From an uncultured Lachnospiraceae bacterium (GTDB lineage Bacteria > Bacillota > Clostridia > Christensenellales > UBA1242): a stretch of 64,000 bases of DNA. The notes below the pieces were generated by a model. It did not search any database. It saw only the letters and a list, made by a program, of their open reading frames with translations, and was not told the DNA's origin. This document shows, piece by piece, positions 9,649 to 19,274 of the stretch. The position numbers were made by a program, and so were the translations under genes. Every line of letters begins with the position of its first letter. Within the stretch, counting starts at the first letter, position 1. The stretch lies in assembly GCA_964646345.1 (NCBI GenBank), contig CAZYDU010000001.1:12583-76582 (forward strand), written 5' to 3'.

Positions 9649-12462
9649 TTATGAATTATAATCTTCACCAAAAATTTCTTTAAATTTATCGGGAGTAATT
9701 AAAATTTGTCTTTGTTTAGCACCAGTTGCAGGTGCAATGTATCCTTTTTCTTCCATTTGGTCAACAATTCTAGCAGCTCTTGAATAACCTATTGAAAGTC
9801 TACGTTGCAAGTAACTTACAGAAGCCGAGCCATTTAACATAACTGACTTAACTGCAATTTTAAAGTATTCGTCAACTCTATTGTTTGCAGGAGCTGAATC
9901 AACAAATTGGTCGCCTGAACCCGCATCTCCAGACACTTGTGGGTCTGATGTGAATGCTTTTTCCGCTTCTTCATCAAAGACAGCAACGTTGTTTCGTTTT
10001 ACAAAATCAACAACAGCTTTTATTTCGTCATCTGATGCATAAGCACCTTGAAGTCTAGGCATAGCCGAAGTATCGGTTAATTGCATGAGCATATCGCCTT
10101 GATTTAAGAGTTTTTCAGCACCAACAGTATCAAGCATGGTTTTTGAGTCAAATGAAGACTGGAGACGGAAAGCAAATCTTGATGGAACGTTGTTTTTAAT
10201 GACACCAGTAATGATATTTACTGAAGGTCTTTGAACAGCTAAAACCAAGTGCATACCGCACGCACGAGCAAGTTGTGTGATTCTTTGAATAGCTGGGTCT
10301 GCTTCCTTTTTGTAGTTAATCATAATTTCTGCAAGCTCATCGACAATAATAACAATATATGGGAAATGCTCGAATTGACCAGATTTTACAAGCTCCGACT
10401 TGTTGTAATCTTCAATGTTTTTGTAGTTGGCTCTACCCATGATTTCAAAACGTCTATCCATTTCTTTAACACACCACTTGAGTGCACTTACCGCTTTTTC
10501 AGTGCCAAGCACAACCTTTGGTGCAACAAGATGCGGAAGACCATTATAAAACCCAAATTCAACTTGTTTGGGGTCAATCATAACAAGTCTTAAATCTTCT
10601 GGGCCATACTTGTAAATCAAACTTAACACTAGGTTATGAATGAAAACAGATTTACCTGAACCGGTTGAACCAGCAATCAAAACGTGAACCATTTTTGCTA
10701 AGCTTTTAACAATGATTTGTCCTGAAATATCTTTTCCGATAGCGATTGGAAGTGGACCTTTTGCGTTTTGAAACTCAGGAGATTCCAAAAGCTCTCTTTC
10801 AAATACACTTGTGAATGTATCATTTTCAAGTTCAATACCAACATAACTACTTCCAGGAATTGGAGCTTGAATTGTAACAGATTTGGCAGCCAAAGCTCTT
10901 TGAATGTCTTGTTCATAGTTTGGAATTTTCTTGACAGAAACACCATAAGGCACTGACAATTCATATCTAGTAATTTTTGGACCACGAACTATATTTACAA
11001 CTTTTGCAGGCACATTGAATGATTCCAAAACATCTTCAAGTTGCTTAGATTTTCTAGCTTGTTCTTCCGAATAATTCCCAGTATCTTTAACAGGACGAGC
11101 AAGCAGTGAAAGTGGTGGCGGATTGTATCTCACACCAATCATTGATGTTTGTTTTCCATTTGGCACAACCGGTTTTTCAACCTTTTCAACTTTTGGAGAT
11201 GTTGGAATACCCGTCAAAATTCCTTTGTTTCTATCTTCAATATTGTCAATATTATTTTCATAAGGATTTGAAACCGGCGGATTGATATTTTCACCAAATG
11301 GTTCTGGAGAAACTGGTTTAATATTTAAAATATCGTCTTTTGGCTCATTGAAAACAGGCTCGAATGGCGTAATATCATCAGGTATTAAATTTTCAACATC
11401 ATCTTCTTCTTTTGTTAAAATATCTTTAACATTATCGGCAATTTTTATATCATCTGGCGACTCGCCATTACCCCACAAATCATTAGAACCCTTTGGTGTT
11501 TTTGGAATTTCAACCGTTTCAAAACCTGTCAAATCAGTACCAAAATTTGAATAGTTGTTTGGTTGTTCATCTAATTCGTATTCAGTCTGTTTAACTTCAT
11601 TTGTGTTTTGCCCAAAATTACCAAAAGTTCCAGAAATAAATTCTTGTCTAGATTTTGTTAAGGTCTCGTTATCATAAGTTTTGAAAGGATTATTGTATGA
11701 TTCTTCAGACTCAGGATAATCATTCCCATTAACTGGTTCTTCATATTCATCAACAATATCGTCTGGAGAATAAACCGGAGCTTCTTTGTATTCAGTTTGC
11801 GAATAATTAATATCTTCTTCAGTAGCTTCAATAGTACCAAGTTCATCTGAATATTTATTATACCCATAACTTGGCATACCATTTTTGGCATCTTTATCAC
11901 TATTATTCACTTTCTCACGTTGCTTTTTTGTTGATAATTTTTTTATGTTTTCGTCAAACTTGCCATAGTTTTCATAATCAACAATCAAACCAACTGAAAT
12001 TGTAAACAATATAACAAAAGCAACTATCGCACCCATAGCACCAAGCAACATTGCAAATAATCCAACAAAAATTGAACCAAATGAACCGACTAGAGTAATT
12101 TTATCGGTGTATGAAAATTTTAAATAAGTTTTTAATGATGCAAATGACACAACCTTGTCGAGTTGTTTATATGTTGAAATTGCTTGGATAACAAACAATA
12201 AACTTACCAGAATTAAGATAAAATAAACCGTTGATTTTTTATTTCTTTTGTATTTTAAACCTAAGAACTTTGCAAGCTCAATCAAACTTAAAATCAAAAA
12301 CAATGGATAAGTCATGATACCAAATGTGCAAACAATCCACTTGCCTATTGGCAACACACTTTTTAAGCATGCAAAAATAAAAGCAAGCGAAAAAACTATC
12401 AAGCAAATCATGCTTAATATTTTTCGTTTTTGCAAATTGATATTATTAGTTTTGTTTTCCAA
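9649..12462 (-). CDS. ftsK: DNA translocase FtsK/SpoIIIE
   Basis: N-terminal TM helices, linker, Walker A GSTGSGKS, Walker B IVDELAE, gamma winged helix SYLQRRLSIGYSRAARIVDQMEEKG. Confidence 0.93.
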   Translation of the reverse strand: MENKTNNINLQKRKILSMICLIVFSLAFIFACLKSVLPIGKWIVCTFGIMTYPLFLILSLIELAKFLGLKYKRNKKSTVYFILILVSLLFVIQAISTYKQLDKVVSFASLKTYLKFSYTDKITLVGSFGSIFVGLFAMLLGAMGAIVAFVILFTISVGLIVDYENYGKFDENIKKLSTKKQREKVNNSDKDAKNGMPSYGYNKYSDELGTIEATEEDINYSQTEYKEAPVYSPDDIVDEYEEPVNGNDYPESEESYNNPFKTYDNETLTKSRQEFISGTFGNFGQNTNEVKQTEYELDEQPNNYSNFGTDLTGFETVEIPKTPKGSNDLWGNGESPDDIKIADNVKDILTKEEDDVENLIPDDITPFEPVFNEPKDDILNIKPVSPEPFGENINPPVSNPYENNIDNIEDRNKGILTGIPTSPKVEKVEKPVVPNGKQTSMIGVRYNPPPLSLLARPVKDTGNYSEEQARKSKQLEDVLESFNVPAKVVNIVRGPKITRYELSVPYGVSVKKIPNYEQDIQRALAAKSVTIQAPIPGSSYVGIELENDTFTSVFERELLESPEFQNAKGPLPIAIGKDISGQIIVKSLAKMVHVLIAGSTGSGKSVFIHNLVLSLIYKYGPEDLRLVMIDPKQVEFGFYNGLPHLVAPKVVLGTEKAVSALKWCVKEMDRRFEIMGRANYKNIEDYNKSELVKSGQFEHFPYIVIIVDELAEIMINYKKEADPAIQRITQLARACGMHLVLAVQRPSVNIITGVIKNNVPSRFAFRLQSSFDSKTMLDTVGAEKLLNQGDMLMQLTDTSAMPRLQGAYASDDEIKAVVDFVKRNNVAVFDEEAEKAFTSDPQVSGDAGSGDQFVDSAPANNRVDEYFKIAVKSVMLNGSASVSYLQRRLSIGYSRAARIVDQMEEKGYIAPATGAKQRQILITPDKFKEIFGEDYNS

Positions 12463-12470
12463 AATAACTC

Positions 12471-13736
12471 CTATAAAACTGTATCTAACAAATCGTCATA
12501 ATCAACATTGAAATCATGTCCAACAAAAGCAATTAACATCTTGTCAAAATCTAAAATTTTTTTCAAGAGTTTATTAGCATCTTTATTGGTTAAAATTTCG
12601 ATTTTTAATCTTTCGGTATTTTCGCTGAAAGCTTGTTTTGTGAGTGCTAAAGTTTTTGCTGATAAAAGCGAACTTTCCAAAACATCGTCACATTTATTCA
12701 TAAATTCAGTAACAAAAACCTTCTTCTCAATATCAAATTCTTCAGCAGAAATTTCACGATTTTTAATATCTGTGTTTAGTGCTGAAACAAAGTTATACAA
12801 ATGGTCTTCCGCAAAATCGTAGTCAACGTTGATTTCAAAAGCAATATTACCATTATTGGCATAATACTTTGTTTTTATCTTTGTGTCGAAATAATAGTTT
12901 TGATTCGCAAGTGCAAGCTTGATATTTTTAATCAAAATTGGTTTCACAATCTCAATTAAATATTTTTCTTTTTCTTTGAAAGAAACTGTTGGAAAAGCAA
13001 CCGTAATTCTTGTTTGGTTTAGTCTTTTAACCCTGCCTTTGATATCGCCCAAAAAGTTATCAACAGTTGAAACATACTTTAATTTTTTATAATCTGTTTC
13101 AGTATCTTTCATTCTATCAAAAAAATGAAGTTTTACTAAATCATAAATTTGCTCTTGAGTTGTGTCACCCACAACAGAAATTATAGTATTTCGTGGAGTG
13201 AAAATTCTTTCCAAGAAATCTTTTGCATCTAGTGGTCTAAATCTTGAAACAGTGATATTTGTTCCCGACTTTGGATTTGATAAACCTGTTCTATAATATA
13301 AAGTTGTATTAACAAGCCTATCCAAAATATAAGCGGGATTTTCATTTAATAACGCAACTTGTGACAAAAGTTGTTTTCTAACCTTATCTCCATTTTCGAG
13401 AGAAAATGTTGTGTCAAAAGCAATTTCAGATAACAACTGAACTGCCACAGCAATGTTTTCACGTGGACAAATTGCACTTATAGTGATGCTTTCTTTTGAG
13501 TTATGTGGGGTCAAAATAATACCGTTTGATTTAGCATAATTCAATAATGCTTCACGTGTTGAATGTTGTTTTGTGCCCATAAGCATAATTTTTGTTAAAT
13601 AATCACTAATACCACTTTGATAATTTTTTTCAGACTGTGTTCCACCTGCAATGTGCAAAACAACACAAGCAACTTTCTTTTCTTTTTTTGGAATACAAAC
13701 AAGTCTTAATCCATTTGAAAATGTATTTAATGCCAT
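12471..13736 (-). CDS. peptidase M16 family protein, non-catalytic type (no HxxEH)
   Basis: M16 fold pattern, but the zinc motif position reads GISDYLTKIMLMGT. Start moved to the ATG 6 nt after GGAG. Its position after the deacetylase and pnp matches B. subtilis mlpA. Confidence 0.75.
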   Translation of the reverse strand: MALNTFSNGLRLVCIPKKEKKVACVVLHIAGGTQSEKNYQSGISDYLTKIMLMGTKQHSTREALLNYAKSNGIILTPHNSKESITISAICPRENIAVAVQLLSEIAFDTTFSLENGDKVRKQLLSQVALLNENPAYILDRLVNTTLYYRTGLSNPKSGTNITVSRFRPLDAKDFLERIFTPRNTIISVVGDTTQEQIYDLVKLHFFDRMKDTETDYKKLKYVSTVDNFLGDIKGRVKRLNQTRITVAFPTVSFKEKEKYLIEIVKPILIKNIKLALANQNYYFDTKIKTKYYANNGNIAFEINVDYDFAEDHLYNFVSALNTDIKNREISAEEFDIEKKVFVTEFMNKCDDVLESSLLSAKTLALTKQAFSENTERLKIEILTNKDANKLLKKILDFDKMLIAFVGHDFNVDYDDLLDTVL

Positions 13737-13776
13737 ATAATTCTCCAAGATAAATTATTACATATACATTATATAA

Positions 13777-13805
13777 CAAAAAAATCCGTCATCAAAACGG
13801 ATTTT
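13777..13805 (-). terminator. rho-independent terminator after the deacetylase gene
   Basis: Stem AAATCCGT (13782-13789) / ACGGATTT (13797-13804), with a T7 run on the minus strand. Confidence 0.65.
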
Positions 13806-13862
13806 GTATATTTTTCAATATTTTTTATAAAAAATTAACATTTTTAGGTCTTATTTTAATAA

Positions 13863-14588
13863 TTATAAACACAAAGTTTTACTTACTGGAACAATCTCAA
13901 AACCATGACCTTTTGCATAACAAATTATATTGGTCAAAGCTTCAACTGTATTTTCAGTTGGGTGCATTAAAATCAAATCCCCACCCTTCATATTTGTAAC
14001 TGCTCTATTATAAATCAAACTTGAGTTATGGTCTCGCCAATCAATGGTATCTCTTGTCCACATTATAGTCTTATAATTCAAAAATGAAGCTGACTTAACC
14101 GTATTTTCATTGTATGAACCACCTGGCGGAGCAAATAGCTCCATATCAATACCTAGAATATCTTTTACAACTTCATGGCATGTTTGAATTTCGGTTAAGT
14201 TATCGGTATAACTTAACTTTCCATGCTCTTTATGATTAAAACCATGGCTTGCAATTTCGTGACCTTTTGCATAAATTGACTTTAGTAATTCAGGATTTTC
14301 CTTTGCCCAAGTTCCACCAATAAAAAATGTGGTCTTAACGTTATATTTATCCAAAATGCCCAACATTTTCACAAGCGAGTCATTTCCCCAGTAAACATTT
14401 ATCATTAAACTAATATATTTTGAGTTTTTGTCGCCTGCATAAATTGTACCTTTGTATTCGCTATTTGCAGTTTGAGTAACTTGATTTTTGCCACCAGTAA
14501 AACAGCACACAACAAAAATAAGTGCAACTAGCGAACTTAAAACAATATTGCTAATCACACTTATAAAAATTTTTTCTTTCTTTTTCAT
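13863..14588 (-). CDS. polysaccharide deacetylase family protein (YlxY/PdaB-like)
   Basis: Signal/TM anchor, TFFIGGTWAKENPELLKSIYAKGHEIASHGFNH NodB motif. Located directly downstream of pnp as in Bacillus. Confidence 0.85.
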   Translation of the reverse strand: MKKKEKIFISVISNIVLSSLVALIFVVCCFTGGKNQVTQTANSEYKGTIYAGDKNSKYISLMINVYWGNDSLVKMLGILDKYNVKTTFFIGGTWAKENPELLKSIYAKGHEIASHGFNHKEHGKLSYTDNLTEIQTCHEVVKDILGIDMELFAPPGGSYNENTVKSASFLNYKTIMWTRDTIDWRDHNSSLIYNRAVTNMKGGDLILMHPTENTVEALTNIICYAKGHGFEIVPVSKTLCL

Positions 14589-14627
14589 AGTAAAGTATAT
14601 GTCTAAAAATCACAAACTTTACAAAAA

Positions 14628-16724
14628 TTATAATTTTTTAACGAGTTTCAAATCAACTCTGCCTTTTTCGTCAACTTTGATAACTTCAACTTCAACTTTA
14701 TCGCCAATTTTAACAACATCTTCAACTCTCTCAACTCTCTTTGTTGAAAGCTTAGAAATATGAATCATACCATCACAAGTCGATGAAATTTCAACAAATG
14801 CACCAAATTGCATAAGTCTAACAACGCTTCCAGTGTATCTTTCGCCAACTTCAGGAACAAATACTATATCTTCAATGATTTTCTTTGCTTCGTTGCAAGC
14901 ATCAATATTAGATGAAGAAACCATAACTGTACCATCGTCTTCAATATCAATCTTAACGCCGGTTTTTTCAATGATTTTGTTGATTGTTTTTCCGCCTTGA
15001 CCAATAACTTCGCCAATCTTTTCGGGATTAATCTTGAAAGTGATGATTTTTGGAGCATATGGACTCAAGTGGTCACGGTATTCAGGGATTGTTGCAAGCA
15101 TTTTATCCATAATTTCAAGTCTGCCTTCTTTTGCTTGAGCAAGAGCAGTTGTTAAGATGTTTTCATCAATACCTTTGATTTTAATATCCATTTGAATTGC
15201 AGTGATACCATTTTTTGTACCAGCAACTTTGAAGTCCATATCGCCATAGAAATCTTCAAGACCTTGAATATCCGTCATAACGATAACCTTTCCAGATTCT
15301 TCATCTTTGATAAGACCCATTGCTACACCTGCAACCGGAGCTTTGATAGGCACACCAGCGTCCATAAGTGAAAGAGTGCTTGCACAAACTGAAGCCATTG
15401 ATGATGAACCATTTGATGACAACACTTCTGAAACAAGACGAAGTGCATATGGAAATTCTTCTTCACTTGGAATTACTGGTAAAAGTGCACGTTCAGCAAG
15501 TGCTCCGTGACCAATTTCACGGCGACCAGGAGACTTTAAGTTTCTAGCTTCACCTGTTGCATAAGGTGGCATGTTGTATTGATGAATATAACGTTTGTAA
15601 GCGTCTTCTTCATCATCTAAGCCATCAACTCTTTGAGCTTCTGAAATTGTAGCAAGAGTCAAACAATTCAAAACTTGAGTTTCGCCACGAGTGAACACGC
15701 CAGTTCCATGAACTCTTGGAAGCACGCCAACTTCACACCAAATTGGTCTGATTTGTTTTGTTGCTCTGCCGTCTGGACGAACACCTGTTGTAATAATTGT
15801 TTTTCTAACAATTTCTTTTTGCATTTTGTAAAGAAGTTCATCAATTTCTTGTTCTCTTTCTTCATATTTTGAAGCAAAATGAGTTCTGCAATCATCTAGA
15901 ACTGCATTAATTCTTTCATTGAGTGCAACTTTATCTGCAAGTGGTTGCATAGCCTTTTGAAGATTTGCAGTAACATAATCACGAACATCTTTTTCTACAT
16001 CTTCGCCAATATGGAAAAGTTCAACTTCACGTTTTGGTTTGCCTGTTTCTTTTGCAATTTGTTCAATAAATGCAACAATTTCTTTAATATATTTATGAGC
16101 AAACAAAATTGCATCTTTGATTTCATCTTCAGAAACTTCTTTTGCACCAGCTTCTACCATCATTATAGCATCTTTTGTTCCAGCAACATAAACATGCATT
16201 CTGCTTCTTTCACATTCTTCAACAGTTGGATTGATAACAAACTTGCCATCAACTTGACCAACGATAACTGAACCTGTTGGGCCAGCAAAAGGAATGTCAG
16301 AAACAGAAAGAGCAACTGATGAACCAATCATAGCCATGATTTCTGGTGGGAAATCAGGGTCAGCAGAAAGAGCTGTTGCAACAACAGCAACATCATAATA
16401 AAAACCTTTTGGGAAAAGTGGACGTATTGGTCTGTCAATAAGTCTTGAGTAAAGAATAGCTTGGTCGCTTGCTCTACCTTCTCTCTTTTTATATCCGCCT
16501 GGAAATTTTCCAACTGCATACATTTTTTCTTCAAAATCAACGCAGAGTGGGAAAAAGTCTGCACCTTCTCTTGGCTTATCAGACATTGTTACGTTAACCA
16601 TAACAACGGTATCGCCACATCTAACTTGACAAGTACCATTAGCTTGACCGCAATATTTGCCGGTTTTAACAAAAATATCTTTGCCTGCTAAATTTAATTT
16701 GTATTCTTTTTCTTCACCAAACAT
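14628..16724 (-). CDS. pnp: polyribonucleotide nucleotidyltransferase (PNPase)
   Basis: Two RNase PH domains, KH (IGEVIGQGGKTINKI) and S1 domain. 698 aa. Confidence 0.97.
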   Translation of the reverse strand: MFGEEKEYKLNLAGKDIFVKTGKYCGQANGTCQVRCGDTVVMVNVTMSDKPREGADFFPLCVDFEEKMYAVGKFPGGYKKREGRASDQAILYSRLIDRPIRPLFPKGFYYDVAVVATALSADPDFPPEIMAMIGSSVALSVSDIPFAGPTGSVIVGQVDGKFVINPTVEECERSRMHVYVAGTKDAIMMVEAGAKEVSEDEIKDAILFAHKYIKEIVAFIEQIAKETGKPKREVELFHIGEDVEKDVRDYVTANLQKAMQPLADKVALNERINAVLDDCRTHFASKYEEREQEIDELLYKMQKEIVRKTIITTGVRPDGRATKQIRPIWCEVGVLPRVHGTGVFTRGETQVLNCLTLATISEAQRVDGLDDEEDAYKRYIHQYNMPPYATGEARNLKSPGRREIGHGALAERALLPVIPSEEEFPYALRLVSEVLSSNGSSSMASVCASTLSLMDAGVPIKAPVAGVAMGLIKDEESGKVIVMTDIQGLEDFYGDMDFKVAGTKNGITAIQMDIKIKGIDENILTTALAQAKEGRLEIMDKMLATIPEYRDHLSPYAPKIITFKINPEKIGEVIGQGGKTINKIIEKTGVKIDIEDDGTVMVSSSNIDACNEAKKIIEDIVFVPEVGERYTGSVVRLMQFGAFVEISSTCDGMIHISKLSTKRVERVEDVVKIGDKVEVEVIKVDEKGRVDLKLVKKL

Positions 16725-16740
16725 AAAACCTCCTAAGTGA

Positions 16741-16775
16741 AAAAAAGGGAGCAGAAAAATCCAACTCCCCCTTTA
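16741..16775 (-). terminator. hairpin + T-run between rpsO and pnp (terminator/attenuator)
   Basis: Minus strand reads AAAGGGGGAG-loop-CTCCCTTTTTTT. Confidence 0.45.
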
Positions 16776-16779
16776 ATAA

Positions 16780-17043
16780 CTATTTTCTAATATTTAATTT
16801 CTTAATCAAATCTCTATAGCCTTCAATATCTGTCTTTTTCAAGTATTCAAGCAAACCACGTCTGCGACCTACAAGTTGCATAAGTCCACGGCGAGAATGG
16901 TTATCTTGCTTGTTGCTCTTTAAATACTCTGTTAAGTTATTGATTCTTTCAGTCAAAAGTGCGATTTGAACGAATGGTGAACCAGTATCATTCTCAGATT
17001 GAGCATAAGTTTTGATAAGTTCTTGTTTCTTTAATTTATCCAT
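16780..17043 (-). CDS. rpsO: 30S ribosomal protein S15
   Basis: 87 aa with [30 protein letters not shown]. Confidence 0.97.
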   Translation of the reverse strand: MDKLKKQELIKTYAQSENDTGSPFVQIALLTERINNLTEYLKSNKQDNHSRRGLMQLVGRRRGLLEYLKKTDIEGYRDLIKKLNIRK

Positions 17044-17173
17044 GTTTTTTCCTCCATATCAAATTTGCCAGGTCTTGAGCTTACTAAATCGGAAAAAGGA
17101 ATTTAGCTCTCTCGAACGGTATGCTGATATTCTACCACTAAAGCGATGGTTTGTAAAGTGTTTTTTTAAATTT

Positions 17174-19273
17174 CTAGTCAAAAGTACGATTTATTGTCTT
17201 AACCCCTTTTACTTTTGAAATTTCATCTACAATCTCTCTAAGTTGCAAAGCATTTTTAACCTTTAGCATCAGTTTTAGTTCGCAATCAATTTCTCTTGAC
17301 TTTGCCACAATTTTTGTTACATTCACTCCAAGTTCTGAAATTACACCAAGAACTTTTGAAGCAAAACCAATGGAATCTTTTGCTGTAATTTTCAAACTAA
17401 CTTCAAAACCTTGTTTTACATTATCTTTCCACAAAGCTTTCATTATTTTATTTTTTTCAATACGTGACAAATTTGTGCAATTACATCTATGAACCGACAA
17501 TCCGTTCTTTTGTTTTACAGCAACAATTTCATCTCCATTAATTGGACAACAACATTTTGACAAAACAACACTATGAGCAAAAGTTTCGCCAGCAACTATA
17601 ACAGGTGCTTTTGTAAGAGCATTATTCTTTAGGTTTTCATTTGAAGCTAAACCTATAATTTGAGATGCTTTCAATCCCCCAACACCAACAGTAGCGAGCA
17701 TATCATCAAAAGAAACAAACGCATACTCAAATTTAATTTTTTCATAAATATTAGCAAGCTCACTTAAATTGCAATTATTTTCTTCACAAGCTTTAGATAA
17801 CTCAATTTTCCCAAGTTTAATATTTTCACGAGTGAGATTGATTACAAAATACTCACGAATTTTATTTCTTGCAAGTTGAGTTTTTGCAACACTGAGCCAA
17901 GCTCTGCAAGGAGCTTTATTTTCATGCGATGAAGTTATTTCCACAACATCGCCACTTTTAAGTTGTGCACCAAGTGATACATGTTTACCATTAACAACAG
18001 CTCCAACTGCATTATGTCCAACACTATCCCCCAGTACATAAGCAAAATCAATAGCCGTTGGCGAGCTAGATTCAATTTTTGTTGGCTTAAATTTAGACGA
18101 AAACACCCAAGTAGACTTAGATGAGATATCTTTTTTTATCGCATCAACAAACAAAGTGCTTTCTAAATCGCCCCTTTTTATTTCTTCAGAAATAATATTT
18201 TTTAAGCGGTTATATCTTTCAAACTTTGAATTGAAATTTTCCTTTGAATCCTTGCTACTAGCCAGTGCAAACACACCATATTCACAAACTCTATTCATTT
18301 CAGGCGTTCTAATCATAACGCTAAAAGTTAATGAATTATCTTCACTTAAAACCACTGTTTGAAGTGATTGATAGCCATTGATTTTAGGAGAAGCTATATA
18401 ATCTTTTATTTGAGAAGGTATTGGTTTGTAAATTTGATGTACAATTCCCAAAGCCTTATAACAATCATCAATCGTTGGCACAATGATTTTAAACAAAACC
18501 AAGCCATAAGCTTTATTAAATCCCGCTTGTTTGATTTTTTTGTAAATTGAATAATACCTTTCAGGCCACCAAGACACTATTGCATTTATTCCTTTTTTGT
18601 TAAATGCATCGTTGATTTTTTTATCTATAGCGACAATCTTTTTATATTTTTCTTGAAGTTGATTGTCTTGTTCTTGTTTGATTTTTTCATAAGAATCTTT
18701 AAACAAACACTCAAAAGTTAGAGATTGAAGTTCACTTCTTAAGTTTCTAACACCCAAAAGTTCTGCGATTGGAATAAATAATTCTTGAGTTTCTTTTGAA
18801 ATTGCTTCTTGTCTTTCTGGAGACAAATACTTGATAGTACGCATATTATGAAGTCTATCCGCTAGTTTTATAAATATAACTCTTATATCGTCACCCATGG
18901 CAAGCAATAATCTTTTTAAACTATCGTTTTCATTTAGATTTTCTTTTTTCACTGTTAGCTCATCAATTTTTGTGACACCATCAACAAGTTTTGCTACGGT
19001 TTTGCCAAAAGTCTTTGTTATCTCATCAAGCGAAATTTCAGTATCTTCAACCACATCATGCAAAAGTCCCGCAATGACTGTTGAGTAATCCATTTGGTTA
19101 TCCATCAAAATTTGCGAAACTGCTATAGGGTGAATAATGTAAGGTTCGCCACTTTTTCGAACAATGCCTTCATGTGACTTTGTCGCAAAAGCCAGAGCAT
19201 GCAAAATTTTATCCTTGTTTTTCGGATAATTAATTTCAACATCTTGGATAAATTTTTTAAATAAATCTGACAT
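17174..19273 (-). CDS. long RelA/SpoT-homolog (RSH) protein. HD hydrolase motifs are intact; synthetase motifs are degenerate.
   Basis: HD: HPIAVSQIL, LLHDVVEDT, ADRLHNMRT. TGS and ACT regions present. The synthetase region differs at conserved catalytic positions (see finding). Confidence 0.88.
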   Translation of the reverse strand: MSDLFKKFIQDVEINYPKNKDKILHALAFATKSHEGIVRKSGEPYIIHPIAVSQILMDNQMDYSTVIAGLLHDVVEDTEISLDEITKTFGKTVAKLVDGVTKIDELTVKKENLNENDSLKRLLLAMGDDIRVIFIKLADRLHNMRTIKYLSPERQEAISKETQELFIPIAELLGVRNLRSELQSLTFECLFKDSYEKIKQEQDNQLQEKYKKIVAIDKKINDAFNKKGINAIVSWWPERYYSIYKKIKQAGFNKAYGLVLFKIIVPTIDDCYKALGIVHQIYKPIPSQIKDYIASPKINGYQSLQTVVLSEDNSLTFSVMIRTPEMNRVCEYGVFALASSKDSKENFNSKFERYNRLKNIISEEIKRGDLESTLFVDAIKKDISSKSTWVFSSKFKPTKIESSSPTAIDFAYVLGDSVGHNAVGAVVNGKHVSLGAQLKSGDVVEITSSHENKAPCRAWLSVAKTQLARNKIREYFVINLTRENIKLGKIELSKACEENNCNLSELANIYEKIKFEYAFVSFDDMLATVGVGGLKASQIIGLASNENLKNNALTKAPVIVAGETFAHSVVLSKCCCPINGDEIVAVKQKNGLSVHRCNCTNLSRIEKNKIMKALWKDNVKQGFEVSLKITAKDSIGFASKVLGVISELGVNVTKIVAKSREIDCELKLMLKVKNALQLREIVDEISKVKGVKTINRTFD

Positions 19274-19274
19274 T

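Noticed and set aside
12471-13736. Flagging the HxxEH-less M16 protein as a novel pseudo-enzyme
   Set aside because: Non-catalytic M16 paralogs are common. This one sits exactly where mlpA-type genes sit after pnp and the deacetylase in Bacillus. It is ordinary, so it is recorded only as a feature.
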